A DNA stretch of 64,000 bases, from assembly GCA_965198115.1 (NCBI GenBank), contig OZ240241.1:3392001-3456000 (forward strand), given 5' to 3'. Shown here in pieces: positions 38,396 through 49,554 of the stretch. The notes beneath the pieces were generated by a model that was not told the origin of the DNA, did not search any database, and saw only the letters and a program-made list of their open reading frames with translations. Position numbers and translations under genes: made by a program. Position 1 is the first letter of the stretch; each line of letters starts with the position of its first letter. Source of the stretch: Candidatus Latescibacterota bacterium. GTDB lineage: Bacteria; Latescibacterota; UBA2968.

Positions 38396-38424
38396 AAGAT
38401 AGGGAATATGAATTGGGGCGTCAA
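38396..38424 (-). promoter_or_regulatory. nuo operon promoter
   Basis: TTGACG-17-TATCTT within the AT-rich divergent intergenic region. Confidence 0.55.
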
Positions 38425-38552
38425 GTGAAAACCCCTCTCCGTAGAATTGACATAAGTCCAATGTTTTAAGTAAGTAAGACTCGTTTCTGGCATCTCTTTC
38501 ACCGCCCTGCGGCACGGATTTCGCAATCCATACATATTTGTCAAAATTAATC

Positions 38553-38581
38553 TTGACGTTTTTGTCATCAAAGGATATGTT
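38553..38581 (+). promoter_or_regulatory. suf operon promoter with overlapping TGAC-N6-GTCA dyad
   Basis: TTGACG-17-TATGTT; TGACGTTTTTGTCA at 38554-38567. Confidence 0.55.
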
Positions 38582-38637
38582 TTCGCCGGTTAAGGTTCAA
38601 CGTTCCCCCCGTTCAACGACTTAGGGAGACTGCCTCG

Positions 38638-40104
<1,467 letters not shown>

Positions 40105-40130
40105 CACACAACATCGGAGATCAGAACAAC

Positions 40131-40904
40131 GTGGCACTCCTCGAAATCAAGAATCTGCACGCAGGCGTCGAAGATACGGAAATCCTCAAGGGCGTCGACC
40201 TTTCGGTCAACGTCGGAGAGATCCACACCATCATGGGACCCAACGGGTCGGGCAAGAGCACGCTCGCCCAGGTTCTGGCCGGCAACGAAGCCTACGACGT
40301 CACAGATGGATCCGTCATCTACGACGGTAAGGACCTTCTCGACCTCGAGGCCGACGAGCGCGCCAAAGAAGGCGTCTTCATGGCTTTTCAGTATCCCGTC
40401 GAAATCCCCGGTGTCAACAGCGCCTACTTCATGCGCACCGCCCTCAACGAGATCCGCAGACATCGTGGAGAAGAGGAGCTCGATGCCGTCGAGTTTCTCA
40501 CCCTCGCTCGGGAACGTATGGACCTCGTCGAAATGCCCGAGGACTTTCTCAAACGTCAGGTCAACGAGGGGTTCAGTGGCGGGGAGAAGAAGCGCCACGA
40601 GATCTTTCAAATGGCCATGCTCGAGCCAAGGCTGGCCATACTCGATGAAACCGATTCCGGGCTCGACATCGACGCTTTGCGCATCGTCGCCGATGGGGTG
40701 AACCAGCTGCACAGGCCCGACAAGGCCGTCGTCGTCGTGACCCACTATCAACGCCTGCTGGAACACATCATACCCGATTACGTACACGTAATCCTGAACG
40801 GTCGAATCGTCGTATCGGGCGACAAATCCCTCGCCCTACGACTCGAAGAAGAAGGCTACGACAAGATTCGAGCCGAACACGAGGAGCAGGCCGTCCCGGC
40901 CTGA
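40131..40904 (+). CDS. sufC: Fe-S assembly ABC ATPase SufC
   Basis: GPNGSGKST, AFQYPVEIPGV, GFSGGEKKR, LDETDSGLDIDAL, THYQRLL. Confidence 0.96.
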   Translation: MALLEIKNLHAGVEDTEILKGVDLSVNVGEIHTIMGPNGSGKSTLAQVLAGNEAYDVTDGSVIYDGKDLLDLEADERAKEGVFMAFQYPVEIPGVNSAYFMRTALNEIRRHRGEEELDAVEFLTLARERMDLVEMPEDFLKRQVNEGFSGGEKKRHEIFQMAMLEPRLAILDETDSGLDIDALRIVADGVNQLHRPDKAVVVVTHYQRLLEHIIPDYVHVILNGRIVVSGDKSLALRLEEEGYDKIRAEHEEQAVPA

Positions 40905-40910
40905 GGACAG

Positions 40911-42239
40911 ATGGCGGGATCGAACACGGACATCGTCAACCACTACGTAGGCGCCTTCGAGGCGTTCGAGAACGAGCTGAACGGCCAAACGCAATCGCCC
41001 CTACACGGCATACGCAAGAGCGCGATCAGCCGTTTCGCGGAACTCGGCTTTCCCACCTCGCGCGACGAAGCGTGGAAGGCCACGGACCTCAGCCCGATCA
41101 CGGCCACGCCCTTCTCACCGGCCAACAGCACGAGTGTCAACGCCGTGACCGAAGAGGACGTCGCCCCCTACCGGTTCGGTCTCGAGGGCCCGAACCTTGT
41201 CTTCGTGAACGGCCACTTTGCGCCGGCGCTTTCGCGCCCGACCGACCGCGGCGGTGTCTCCGTCGTCTCGCTCCCCGAGGTCGGTGAGGACGCAGCGGTC
41301 GATGCCCACTTGACAAGGATCGCGACCTTCGACGCTCACGCATTGACGGCCCTCAACACCGCCTTTCTGGTCGACGCCGCCTGCATCCACATCGGAAAAG
41401 ACACCACATTCGACGATCCGATTCATGTCCTTCATTTCACGACCCCGGTGGGTGAGCCTCATCTTGCCACCCCACGTGCCCTCATCGTCGTGGAGAAGGG
41501 TAGCCGCGCGACCGTCGTCCAGACGTTCGTCGGTGAAGATGACGGTGCGTATCTCAACAATGCGGTCACCGAAATTCACATCGGCGAAAACGCAGAGCTC
41601 CACTACGTCAACACGACGCTCGAAGGCCCCGAAGCACGGCACACGAGCAACCTCAAGGTTTCTCAATGCCGGTCGAGCCGCTTCACGTCCTACACCATCA
41701 GCGTCGATGGCGCTTTCACGCGGAACGACATCAACTCAGTGCTCGCCGGCGAGGGGTGCGAGTCGACCGTCAACGGCTTCTACGTTCTCGATGGCAACCA
41801 ACATTGTGATAACTACACGCTCCTCGAGCATCAGCAACCACACTGTCCGAGCCACGAGCTGTTCAAGGGCATCCTCGAAGACAGGGCACGCGCCGTCTTC
41901 CGAGGCAAGATTCACGTTCACCAGGCTGCCCAGAAAACCGACGCTTACCAGCAGAATCAGAACATTCTACTTTCCGACGACGCCCGCGTGAACACGAAAC
42001 CCCAGCTCGAGATCTATGCCGACGACGTCAAGTGTTCCCACGGTGCGACAGTGGGCCAGCTCGACGAGGACGCACTTTTTTACATTCAGGCACGAGGTAT
42101 CTCCCGCAAGGCCGCCTACCGAATCCTGCTGCGAGCGTTTGCCGAGGACATCCTTGGCCGAATCGAGGTCGAGTCTCTTCGCGATGAACTGACGAACCGC
42201 GTACTCGCCAAGATCGACCGAAACGGAGCAAGCGCATGA
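40911..42239 (+). CDS. sufD: Fe-S cluster assembly protein SufD
   Basis: AQKTDAYQ, PQLEIYADDVKCSHGATVG. Confidence 0.94.
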   Translation: MAGSNTDIVNHYVGAFEAFENELNGQTQSPLHGIRKSAISRFAELGFPTSRDEAWKATDLSPITATPFSPANSTSVNAVTEEDVAPYRFGLEGPNLVFVNGHFAPALSRPTDRGGVSVVSLPEVGEDAAVDAHLTRIATFDAHALTALNTAFLVDAACIHIGKDTTFDDPIHVLHFTTPVGEPHLATPRALIVVEKGSRATVVQTFVGEDDGAYLNNAVTEIHIGENAELHYVNTTLEGPEARHTSNLKVSQCRSSRFTSYTISVDGAFTRNDINSVLAGEGCESTVNGFYVLDGNQHCDNYTLLEHQQPHCPSHELFKGILEDRARAVFRGKIHVHQAAQKTDAYQQNQNILLSDDARVNTKPQLEIYADDVKCSHGATVGQLDEDALFYIQARGISRKAAYRILLRAFAEDILGRIEVESLRDELTNRVLAKIDRNGASA

Positions 42240-43519
42240 GCATCACCACGGCAACCGACGTCGGCCGCGACGCCGTTGAGTCTATAGCAGAACGGCCCGC
42301 CCCCTTCGACGTGTCGAAGGTTCGGGCAGACTTTCCCATCCTGAATCAGCAGCCGGTGGACAACCCCCTCGTTTACCTGGACAACGCGGCGACTACGCAA
42401 AAGCCTCAAAGGGTGATCGACTACCTCAGCCGCTACTATGCCTTGCAGAATTCGAACATCCACCGAGGCGTCTACAAGCTGAGCGAAGCGGCGACCGAGG
42501 CCTACGAAGGTGCGAGACACAAAATTCAGCGTTTCATCAACGCCAACGACCCACGCGAAATCGTCTTCACTCGAGGTACGACCGAAAGTATCAACCTCGT
42601 CGCCGAAACACTCGGTAAGCTGCGTGTCGGTGAGGGCGACGAAGTCATCGTCACCGAACTCGAGCATCACAGCAACATCGTCCCCTGGTATCTCCTTTGC
42701 CGGGAGAAGGGCGCGGTACTTAGACACGCTCCGATTGACGCAAACGGCGACGTCGATGTCGACGCTCTGGAGTCGCTCATCAGCGACCGCACGAAAATCA
42801 TCGCGATCGCTCACGTCTCCAACAGCCTGGGTACAGTCGTTCCTATTCGGCGCGTTGTTGACATCGCCCGCGCACGTGACATTCCCGTCGTCGTCGACGG
42901 GGCACAGGCCCTCCCCCATCTTCCGGTCGACGTGCAGGAACTCGGGTGCGACTTCTTCGCCTTCTCCGGTCACAAGCTGTTCGGACCGACCGGCATCGGC
43001 ACCCTCTACGGGCGCTACGAACTGCTCCACGAGATGCCACCCTACCAGGGTGGTGGCAGCATGATCCAAAAAGTGACATTCGACGAAATCACGTTCGCGG
43101 ACCCGCCCACGCGATTCGAAGCGGGGACCCCCGACATCGCCGGCGCGATCGGGTTCGGTGTCGCCGTCGACTACCTGAACGCGCTCGATCTCGAGGGCGC
43201 CTTCGCGCACGAACACGACTTGCTCGAACACGCTACGGAGTCTCTCAGCCAGATCGACGGGCTACGCATCATCGGCACGCCGAAGCAGAAGGCGGGCGTG
43301 CTTTCATTCGACCTGGGAGAAATCCACCCCCACGACATCGGTACGATTCTCGACCAGGAAGGGATCGCCATACGGACGGGCCATCACTGTGCGCAGCCCG
43401 TGATGGCACACTTTGACATTCCCGCGACGGCGCGTGCGTCATTCGCTTTCTACAACACCCGCGAAGACGTCGACCGTCTCACAGCGGGCGTTCGAAAAGT
43501 CATCGATTTGTTCGGGTAA
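42236..43519 (+). CDS. sufS: Cysteine desulfurase SufS
   Basis: YLDNAATTQKP, EHHSNIVPW, FSGHK, RTGHHCAQP. Confidence 0.95.
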   Translation: MSITTATDVGRDAVESIAERPAPFDVSKVRADFPILNQQPVDNPLVYLDNAATTQKPQRVIDYLSRYYALQNSNIHRGVYKLSEAATEAYEGARHKIQRFINANDPREIVFTRGTTESINLVAETLGKLRVGEGDEVIVTELEHHSNIVPWYLLCREKGAVLRHAPIDANGDVDVDALESLISDRTKIIAIAHVSNSLGTVVPIRRVVDIARARDIPVVVDGAQALPHLPVDVQELGCDFFAFSGHKLFGPTGIGTLYGRYELLHEMPPYQGGGSMIQKVTFDEITFADPPTRFEAGTPDIAGAIGFGVAVDYLNALDLEGAFAHEHDLLEHATESLSQIDGLRIIGTPKQKAGVLSFDLGEIHPHDIGTILDQEGIAIRTGHHCAQPVMAHFDIPATARASFAFYNTREDVDRLTAGVRKVIDLFG

Positions 43520-43539
43520 ACGTAACGGGTGACTCACAG

Positions 43540-43980
43540 ATGCTCGATCCGCGCGAACTTTACCAGCAGCTGATTCTCGACCACAACCGTCACCCGAAGA
43601 ACTTTCGGACCATCGACGAAGCAACGGGAGAGTGCGAGGGCTACAATCCCCTGTGTGGAGACCGATACCACGTCTATGTGAGCCTCAAAGGCGCCAGAAT
43701 CGAAGACATTGCGTTCCAGGGCGCGGGGTGTGCGATCTCCAAAGCTTCTGCTTCACTTATGACGCATCTCATCCGGGGCAAAACCCGAGGCGAAGCCGAA
43801 GAAATGTGCGCGGAGTTCAATCGGATCGTCACGGGCGATGTCGAGCCACCTGACGACCTCAGCGCGTTCGCCGCGTTCGCCGGGGTGCGGGACTACCCAT
43901 CCCGCGTTAAATGCGCGACACTTGCCTGGCATACGATGAAGGCAGCGATCGAGGGACAAGAAGAAGCGACAACGGAGTAA
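43540..43980 (+). CDS. sufU: SufU (IscU/NifU N-terminal-like) sulfur transfer protein
   Basis: LYQQLILDH, NPLCGD, GCAISKASAS, RVKCATLAWH. Confidence 0.92.
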   Translation: MLDPRELYQQLILDHNRHPKNFRTIDEATGECEGYNPLCGDRYHVYVSLKGARIEDIAFQGAGCAISKASASLMTHLIRGKTRGEAEEMCAEFNRIVTGDVEPPDDLSAFAAFAGVRDYPSRVKCATLAWHTMKAAIEGQEEATTE

Positions 43981-44021
43981 ACACTGCGGCTGGGGTCACA
44001 GCCTGAGCAACGGAGGCACCG

Positions 44022-44525
44022 ATGTTCGAACGGTTTTTCGGGAAGAAGAAAGACAAAGAGCAGCCTGACGCGACGTCGATCGAGCCGGCTACACCCGATC
44101 CCGTCGAGCCCGTGAATACGAACGCCCTTCAGACTTTCGCTGCGGAGAAGGAGAACGAGAAAACCGAACGACGAAACGAGATCGAGGAGGAGGCGGAGGC
44201 CTCGGGCGAGACGGTCGACAAGGACGTGCTGAAAGATCGCATCACAGACATGATGCGGACGATCTTCGACCCGGAGATTCCGGTGAACATTTACGACATC
44301 GGCCTCATTTACGAGATCAACCCACAGGACTCGGGGATCGTGCACGTCAAAATGACACTCACCACGCCCAACTGTCCAGCGGCGGGTATTCTGCCCGGTG
44401 AAGTCGAAAGCAAGACCCGCAGCGTCGAAGGCGTCAAAGATTGCGAACTCGAACTCACTTTCGATCCACCGTGGACCCCGGACATGATGTCCGAAGCGGC
44501 CAGACTCGAACTCGGGATGCTGTGA
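44022..44525 (+). CDS. sufT: DUF59/SufT Fe-S maturation protein
   Basis: DPEIPVNIYDIGLIY, MTLTTPNCP, FDPPWTPDMMSEAARLELG. Confidence 0.88.
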   Translation: MFERFFGKKKDKEQPDATSIEPATPDPVEPVNTNALQTFAAEKENEKTERRNEIEEEAEASGETVDKDVLKDRITDMMRTIFDPEIPVNIYDIGLIYEINPQDSGIVHVKMTLTTPNCPAAGILPGEVESKTRSVEGVKDCELELTFDPPWTPDMMSEAARLELGML

Positions 44526-44530
44526 CGTCG

Positions 44531-44665
44531 ACATTGAACATTGAAGATTGAGTATGGAACATTTCGAATGTTGTGCCGTGCCCGATTCGCTGTTGATGGT
44601 TTCGCGCGAATCTCTTTGGCACGACGGCCACACCTTCATGTTCATCTATCTTAAATCTTAAATGA
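44531..44665. repeat. Nested imperfect inverted repeat with 7-nt periodic outer arms
   Basis: ACATTGA-ACATTGA-AGATTGA-GTATGGA-ACAT on the left versus CATGTTCATCTATCTTAAATCTTAAATG on the right; inner pairs CGTGCC/GGCACG and GATTCGC/GCGAATC. Confidence 0.5.
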
Positions 44666-44669
44666 CGCT

Positions 44670-45176
44670 ATGAAACTATCGACTCAGGAAGAATACGGTC
44701 TTCGATGCCTTCTCCAGATCGCGCGCCAGGAATCGGGCAGCGGCGAAAGCGTCACCATCAACGAAATCGGTCAGGCCGAGGGCCTGTCGATGGCGAACGT
44801 CGGCAAGTTTCTGCGTGCCCTGCGACTAAGCGGGTTCGTCGACAGCGAACGGGGTCACGCCGGCGGTTACCGTCTGGCCAGACCTGCCAGCGAGATCTCC
44901 GTAAAGGATGTTCTCGACGCCCTGGGCGGCAAGCTGTTCGATGCCGAATTCTGCGAAGAGCACAGCGGCGCGGTCGAATCTTGCACCCATTCGGTCGAGT
45001 GTTCAGTCCGCTCGCTCTGGAACTCGATGCAGTTTCTCGTCGACCGACTCTTGGATCAAGTTTCGCTTCAGGACATGATGGGAACAGAGCACGAACTCGC
45101 CGCTTGCTTGAGCGAACGCTCCGAAATGCTTCTTCAGGTCGCAGATGTGGGCTTGTCGCAGCCGGTGGACAGGTAG
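44670..45176 (+). CDS. Rrf2 family regulator (IscR-like, three Cys ligands)
   Basis: [29 protein letters not shown]-x9-C-x5-C. Confidence 0.9.
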   Translation: MKLSTQEEYGLRCLLQIARQESGSGESVTINEIGQAEGLSMANVGKFLRALRLSGFVDSERGHAGGYRLARPASEISVKDVLDALGGKLFDAEFCEEHSGAVESCTHSVECSVRSLWNSMQFLVDRLLDQVSLQDMMGTEHELAACLSERSEMLLQVADVGLSQPVDR

Positions 45177-45180
45177 AACT

Positions 45181-45693
45181 GTGGGAATCGAAACCGGATT
45201 GGGCGACAACATCCTGACGACTTCTCTGGACAGGATGATCAACTGGGCCCGCAAGAGTTCGCTCTGGCCCATGCCCTTCGGAACAGCCTGCTGCGCCATC
45301 GAAATGATGGCCACGCTGTCCGGTCGTTTCGACTTGGCGAGATTCGGCGCGGAGGCCGTACGTTTCTCGCCTCGGCAATCCGATCTGTTGATCGTCTCAG
45401 GACGCATTTCGATCAAGATGATGCCGGTGCTCAAGAAGATCTACGACCAGATGCCAGACCCGAAGTGGGTCATCTCGATGGGCGCGTGTGCGTCATCGGG
45501 TGGTGTGTTCAACACCTACACACTCGTCCAGGGTGTCGACCAGTTCTTGCCCGTCGACGTTTACGTGCCCGGGTGCCCGCCTCGCCCGGAAGATTTAATT
45601 TACGGGTTGATGAAGGTCCAAGAAAAAATCGAACGGGAGCATCCGACTCAGGATGCGGGGTACGCAGCCGACGCGTCGATCGTCAGTCGCTGA
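45181..45693 (+). CDS. nuoB: Second, stand-alone NuoB-family 4Fe-4S protein
   Basis: [40 protein letters not shown]. Confidence 0.9.
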   Translation: MGIETGLGDNILTTSLDRMINWARKSSLWPMPFGTACCAIEMMATLSGRFDLARFGAEAVRFSPRQSDLLIVSGRISIKMMPVLKKIYDQMPDPKWVISMGACASSGGVFNTYTLVQGVDQFLPVDVYVPGCPPRPEDLIYGLMKVQEKIEREHPTQDAGYAADASIVSR

Positions 45694-45736
45694 TCGCCGG
45701 TCAGAGACTGACCGCGCTCACCCATCGGAGGGTTGA

Positions 45737-46321
45737 ATGATCACTGTAACAGATCCAGCGCGAGAAGAGATTGTGAATTTGATGCAAAAGCAGGAACAGG
45801 AGGTTAGGGGCGTCCGGATCAAGGCAGAAGCCGTATCACCGCTTCAGGCGAACTACCGACTTCGGTTCGTCACTGACGAGCAGGTCGAAGACGGCGACAA
45901 CGTCATCGAATTCGAAGGGTTTAACATCTACGTCGACCCCGACTCGATGAGCTACGTCGAAGAGGTCTCTGTCGATTTCGTCGAGAGTCTCGCCGGACGT
46001 GGCTTCAAGATTGACAATCCCAACCGCGTGCCACCACACCTCAAGGGAACTGTCGCGGAAAAGGTACAGACGATCATCGACGAAAAGATCAATCCACAGA
46101 TCGCTTCCCACGGTGGCACGCTCACCCTCCTAGACGTCAAGGATAACCGTGCGTTCGTCAAGTTCGGAGGAGGCTGCCAGGGCTGCGGTATGGTCGACGT
46201 CACGCTCAAGCAGGGTGTCGAGGTTCTGATTAAAGAGACGTGCCCCGAAATCGAAGAAATCCTCGACGTCACCGATCACGCCGAGGGCACCAACCCTTAC
46301 TACCAGGGCGCCGCGCACTGA
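45737..46321 (+). CDS. nfuA: NfuA-type Fe-S carrier (Cys-less A-type domain + NifU C-terminal domain)
   Basis: MITVTDPA…GFKIDNPN, INPQIASHGG, GGGCQGC, DVTDHAEGTNPYY. Confidence 0.88.
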   Translation: MITVTDPAREEIVNLMQKQEQEVRGVRIKAEAVSPLQANYRLRFVTDEQVEDGDNVIEFEGFNIYVDPDSMSYVEEVSVDFVESLAGRGFKIDNPNRVPPHLKGTVAEKVQTIIDEKINPQIASHGGTLTLLDVKDNRAFVKFGGGCQGCGMVDVTLKQGVEVLIKETCPEIEEILDVTDHAEGTNPYYQGAAH

Positions 46322-46346
46322 ACACACCAAGACGCGCAAGACAGGA

Positions 46347-46387
46347 GGCCTGATTCGCACGAAAACGGAATCAGGCCCCTTTCTTTC
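46347..46387 (+). terminator. Intrinsic terminator after nfuA
   Basis: GGCCTGATTC…GAATCAGGCC followed by CCTTTCTTTC. Confidence 0.65.
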
Positions 46388-46448
46388 AGGCTCTCACAGT
46401 TACGACCTCGCAATTCACGGAGCCATTCTGAATTTTACATTTTGACTT

Positions 46449-46847
46449 TTAACTTCCCTCCCCCTCTTCATCCTCGGACTCACCGTCTCCACCATCCTTG
46501 GCCTTCTCTCGCTTCTCTCGAAACTCTTTCACTTTTTTTATGATGTCAGGCGCCAACCCAATCAGCTTTTCGATCGACATCCCCGAGTCCTCGAGCGGCA
46601 TGATCTGAGCCTTGCCCTTGTGGATCACGATGAAGGCGACCGGTTCGACAGAACCACCGCCCCCTGTTCCGGCTCCCCCATCCTCTTTTTTCCCCTTGCC
46701 ACCTCCTGCGCCAAAACCGAACGAAATCTTTGACACGGGGACAATCACAGTCTCTTCGAACGCGATCGGCTTCCCGACGATCGTTTCGGTCTTGGCAATC
46801 TCCTTGAACTCCTGGAGAACAGTTTTGATGATGTCTTCGAGTGACAT
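46449..46847 (-). CDS. YtfJ/GerW family protein
   Basis: TETIVGKPI, IVPVSKISFGFGAGGG, GGGGSVEPVAFIVI. Confidence 0.85.
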   Translation of the reverse strand: MSLEDIIKTVLQEFKEIAKTETIVGKPIAFEETVIVPVSKISFGFGAGGGKGKKEDGGAGTGGGGSVEPVAFIVIHKGKAQIMPLEDSGMSIEKLIGLAPDIIKKVKEFREKREKAKDGGDGESEDEEGEGS

Positions 46848-46858
46848 ACGTCTCTCCT

Positions 46859-47545
46859 TCAGGCAGCCTGGGCGCGGGACCGACGCCACTCACTCGTGCG
46901 ACGCGTCAGAACCATCGCCAGATAACCCCAACCGAGCACCACGGCTGCGCGAACCACTGCTACGATGAGTCGAGCCAGGTGAAACGTCAAATCGACACGC
47001 AGGGACCCACGAAACCCTGAGAGCTGGAAGTCCGGCACGACATCGAGCTGCAGCCGATCGGAGGTGACGTCATCGATGGCGCGCAGGTAGCCGAAAAGGC
47101 TGCCCGTCGTTTCTGCCCTGTTCCCTCCGTATCGTCCACGGACCTGAAGCCTGCGAAAGCGGATCACTCCCCGAAGCCGCCGCAGAAACCGAAGCGCCGG
47201 ATCCCGAAATCGCCGATCGTATTCGAGCACCTCGTCGATACGTTGGCGCCACCCCTTCTCGGTCTCGGGCTCCTTTTCCGGTTTAGCCGGTTTGGCCGGT
47301 CTGGGTTTCTTGACCTTTGGTTTCTCACCGGGCCGAATCGTCCAGACGGGAAACCCCACAACAACAGGACGAATCTCCAACACCTCGTCGGCCCACGTGA
47401 CCCGCGCCGACAAAGCCCCGAGGGCCAGGACCACGCGTCCGGCGGCCACGACGCCTTCCTCCGACAAGACCCCCGAAACTCGAATTCGAACCGGAATCAG
47501 GACAATCGAAGCGGCCAGCGCCAGAATCAGGTATACGATGAGCAT
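46859..47545 (-). CDS. DUF2953/YtfI-like membrane protein
   Basis: N-terminal TM, AETTGSLFG, VVPDF; sits in the usual position upstream of ytfJ. Confidence 0.65.
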   Translation of the reverse strand: MLIVYLILALAASIVLIPVRIRVSGVLSEEGVVAAGRVVLALGALSARVTWADEVLEIRPVVVGFPVWTIRPGEKPKVKKPRPAKPAKPEKEPETEKGWRQRIDEVLEYDRRFRDPALRFLRRLRGVIRFRRLQVRGRYGGNRAETTGSLFGYLRAIDDVTSDRLQLDVVPDFQLSGFRGSLRVDLTFHLARLIVAVVRAAVVLGWGYLAMVLTRRTSEWRRSRAQAA

Positions 47546-47697
47546 ACGCGAATGCGCAACAATACGGAAGACCGGGTCCGAGTGTCAAGCCCTGATCGCT
47601 GCAAGTTCCTGTAAAGCCTTGACATGTGGATGCGATTATCGTATTTGACGCATGAATGTGGCTGGGTGATTCGCCCAATACAGAACCGAGGAAGCCG

Positions 47698-49554
47698 GTG
47701 AGCGTGATCGAACAATGGCAGGACGAGGGACGTCTCTCCAAATTGGCCGCAGAAGGCCTCCACCAGTGGCTGACCACTCCCGCCTATGCCGATCATCGTG
47801 AAGAGATCGCGGCCCTCATCCAGGCGGGTGACACGGACGAACTGGAAGACGCGTTTCGAACACACATCGCCTTCGGTACGGGTGGCATTCGTGGAAAGAT
47901 GGGACCCGGACCCAATCGGATCAATCTTCGAACGATCGGCGAAGCGGCACAAGGCCTTGCCCAGTATGTGCTCAAGGAGACGGGCAGAGAAGGTGCGCGG
48001 CGGGGTGTCGCCATCGCCTACGACACACGCAACAACTCGGCCCGGTTCGCGCACGAGGCGGCCGCGATCATCGCGGCAAATGACATCACGGCTCACCTGT
48101 TCGACGCGCCCCGTTCGACACCCGAACTGTCGTTCGCCGTTCGGAAGATCGACGCCGTCGCCGGAATCGTCATCAGCGCAAGCCACAACCCCCCGCGGGA
48201 CAACGGGTTCAAGGCATATTGGAGCGACGGCGGCCAGGTCGTCCCGCCCCACGACGCTGCCATCATCGCCGAAGCCGGGGCTGTGGCGAACATCGAGCGC
48301 ATCGACTTCGACACCGCCGCCGAACAGGGGCTGATCAGGAGCCTCGGCTCCGACACGGATACAGCCTACATCGAGGAAACCCGCCTGACGGTGACCGGAA
48401 ACCGTGGTGGCCGCATCGTCTTCACGCCGCTGCACGGGGTTGGCGCCACCTCCATCGTCCCCGCGCTTCGAACGCTGGGCTTCTCCGATCTCCACGTCGT
48501 GGACGTTCAGAATGATGGCAACGGTGACTTCCCCACGGTAACAGGGGGCATCGCAAACCCCGAATCACCCGAGGCTATGGCGCTCGCCATTCAGAAGGCC
48601 GCCGAGATCGACGCGGACCTCGTCATCGCCAGCGACCCCGATGCCGACCGACTCGGGTGCGCTCTACCCCTGGATGATCGGGGATGGGATGCGGCACCGT
48701 CCGACCTCGCGTTGAACGGCAACCAGATCGGCGCGCTCCTCTGCCACTATCTGCTCTCGAGCCTGGAAGCGCGAGGCGACCTTCCTCCCGAACCGGTCGT
48801 GTGCCAAACTATCGTGACGACCGACCTGACGGGTCGCATCGCGCGTGCCTTCGGGGCTCGCGTCGTCGACAACTTGCTCGTGGGATTCAAATACATCGCC
48901 GCAGTGATCGCCGACCTCGAAGCCAACGAGACCTTTCTGTTCGGAACGGAGGAAAGTCACGGCTACCTCGCGACCGACGTCGTTCGGGACAAGGACGCCG
49001 CGTCGGCCGCGATGCTCCTGGCGCAGTGCGCGGCCGACGCATTGTCGCGAGGCGAAACCGTCAGGGACGTACTCGACGACATTTATCGCGAACACGGCTA
49101 TTTCAGAGAGCTTCAGAAGTCCGTCACTCGCGAGGGGGTCTCCGGCAGCGGGGACATCCAGACGATCATGTCCGCGCTCCGCCAGAATCCTCCCGACGCC
49201 CTCGGACCCTACCCCGTCGTGCGTGTCGTCGACCGACAGGCAGGGAAGTTCCGCGACCTCGAGACGGGGGCGTCGGGCATCGTCGAAGGAGACACGGGCA
49301 ACGTCCTCGCCTACACGTTGAGTGAAGCCGGCCACACGCGTGTCACCGCTCGCCCCTCTGGGACCGAGCCCAAAATCAAATACTACGTGTCTGCATCTTC
49401 GCTCGACATCGACTGCGAGCAGGAGAACCTCGAGGCCACCAAAATCGCCGTCGACGGAGCCGCCGAGGAAATCCTCGATGCGATTGCCGAACTCGCAGAG
49501 AGCGCACTACGCGAATCGGGATCGCCCACGGCATCGACAGGACGGGCGTCGTGA
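47698..49554 (+). CDS. Phosphoglucomutase/phosphomannomutase
   Basis: FGTGGIRG, SASHNP, DPDADR, EESHG, RPSGTEPKIKYY. Confidence 0.92.
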   Translation: MSVIEQWQDEGRLSKLAAEGLHQWLTTPAYADHREEIAALIQAGDTDELEDAFRTHIAFGTGGIRGKMGPGPNRINLRTIGEAAQGLAQYVLKETGREGARRGVAIAYDTRNNSARFAHEAAAIIAANDITAHLFDAPRSTPELSFAVRKIDAVAGIVISASHNPPRDNGFKAYWSDGGQVVPPHDAAIIAEAGAVANIERIDFDTAAEQGLIRSLGSDTDTAYIEETRLTVTGNRGGRIVFTPLHGVGATSIVPALRTLGFSDLHVVDVQNDGNGDFPTVTGGIANPESPEAMALAIQKAAEIDADLVIASDPDADRLGCALPLDDRGWDAAPSDLALNGNQIGALLCHYLLSSLEARGDLPPEPVVCQTIVTTDLTGRIARAFGARVVDNLLVGFKYIAAVIADLEANETFLFGTEESHGYLATDVVRDKDAASAAMLLAQCAADALSRGETVRDVLDDIYREHGYFRELQKSVTREGVSGSGDIQTIMSALRQNPPDALGPYPVVRVVDRQAGKFRDLETGASGIVEGDTGNVLAYTLSEAGHTRVTARPSGTEPKIKYYVSASSLDIDCEQENLEATKIAVDGAAEEILDAIAELAESALRESGSPTASTGRAS

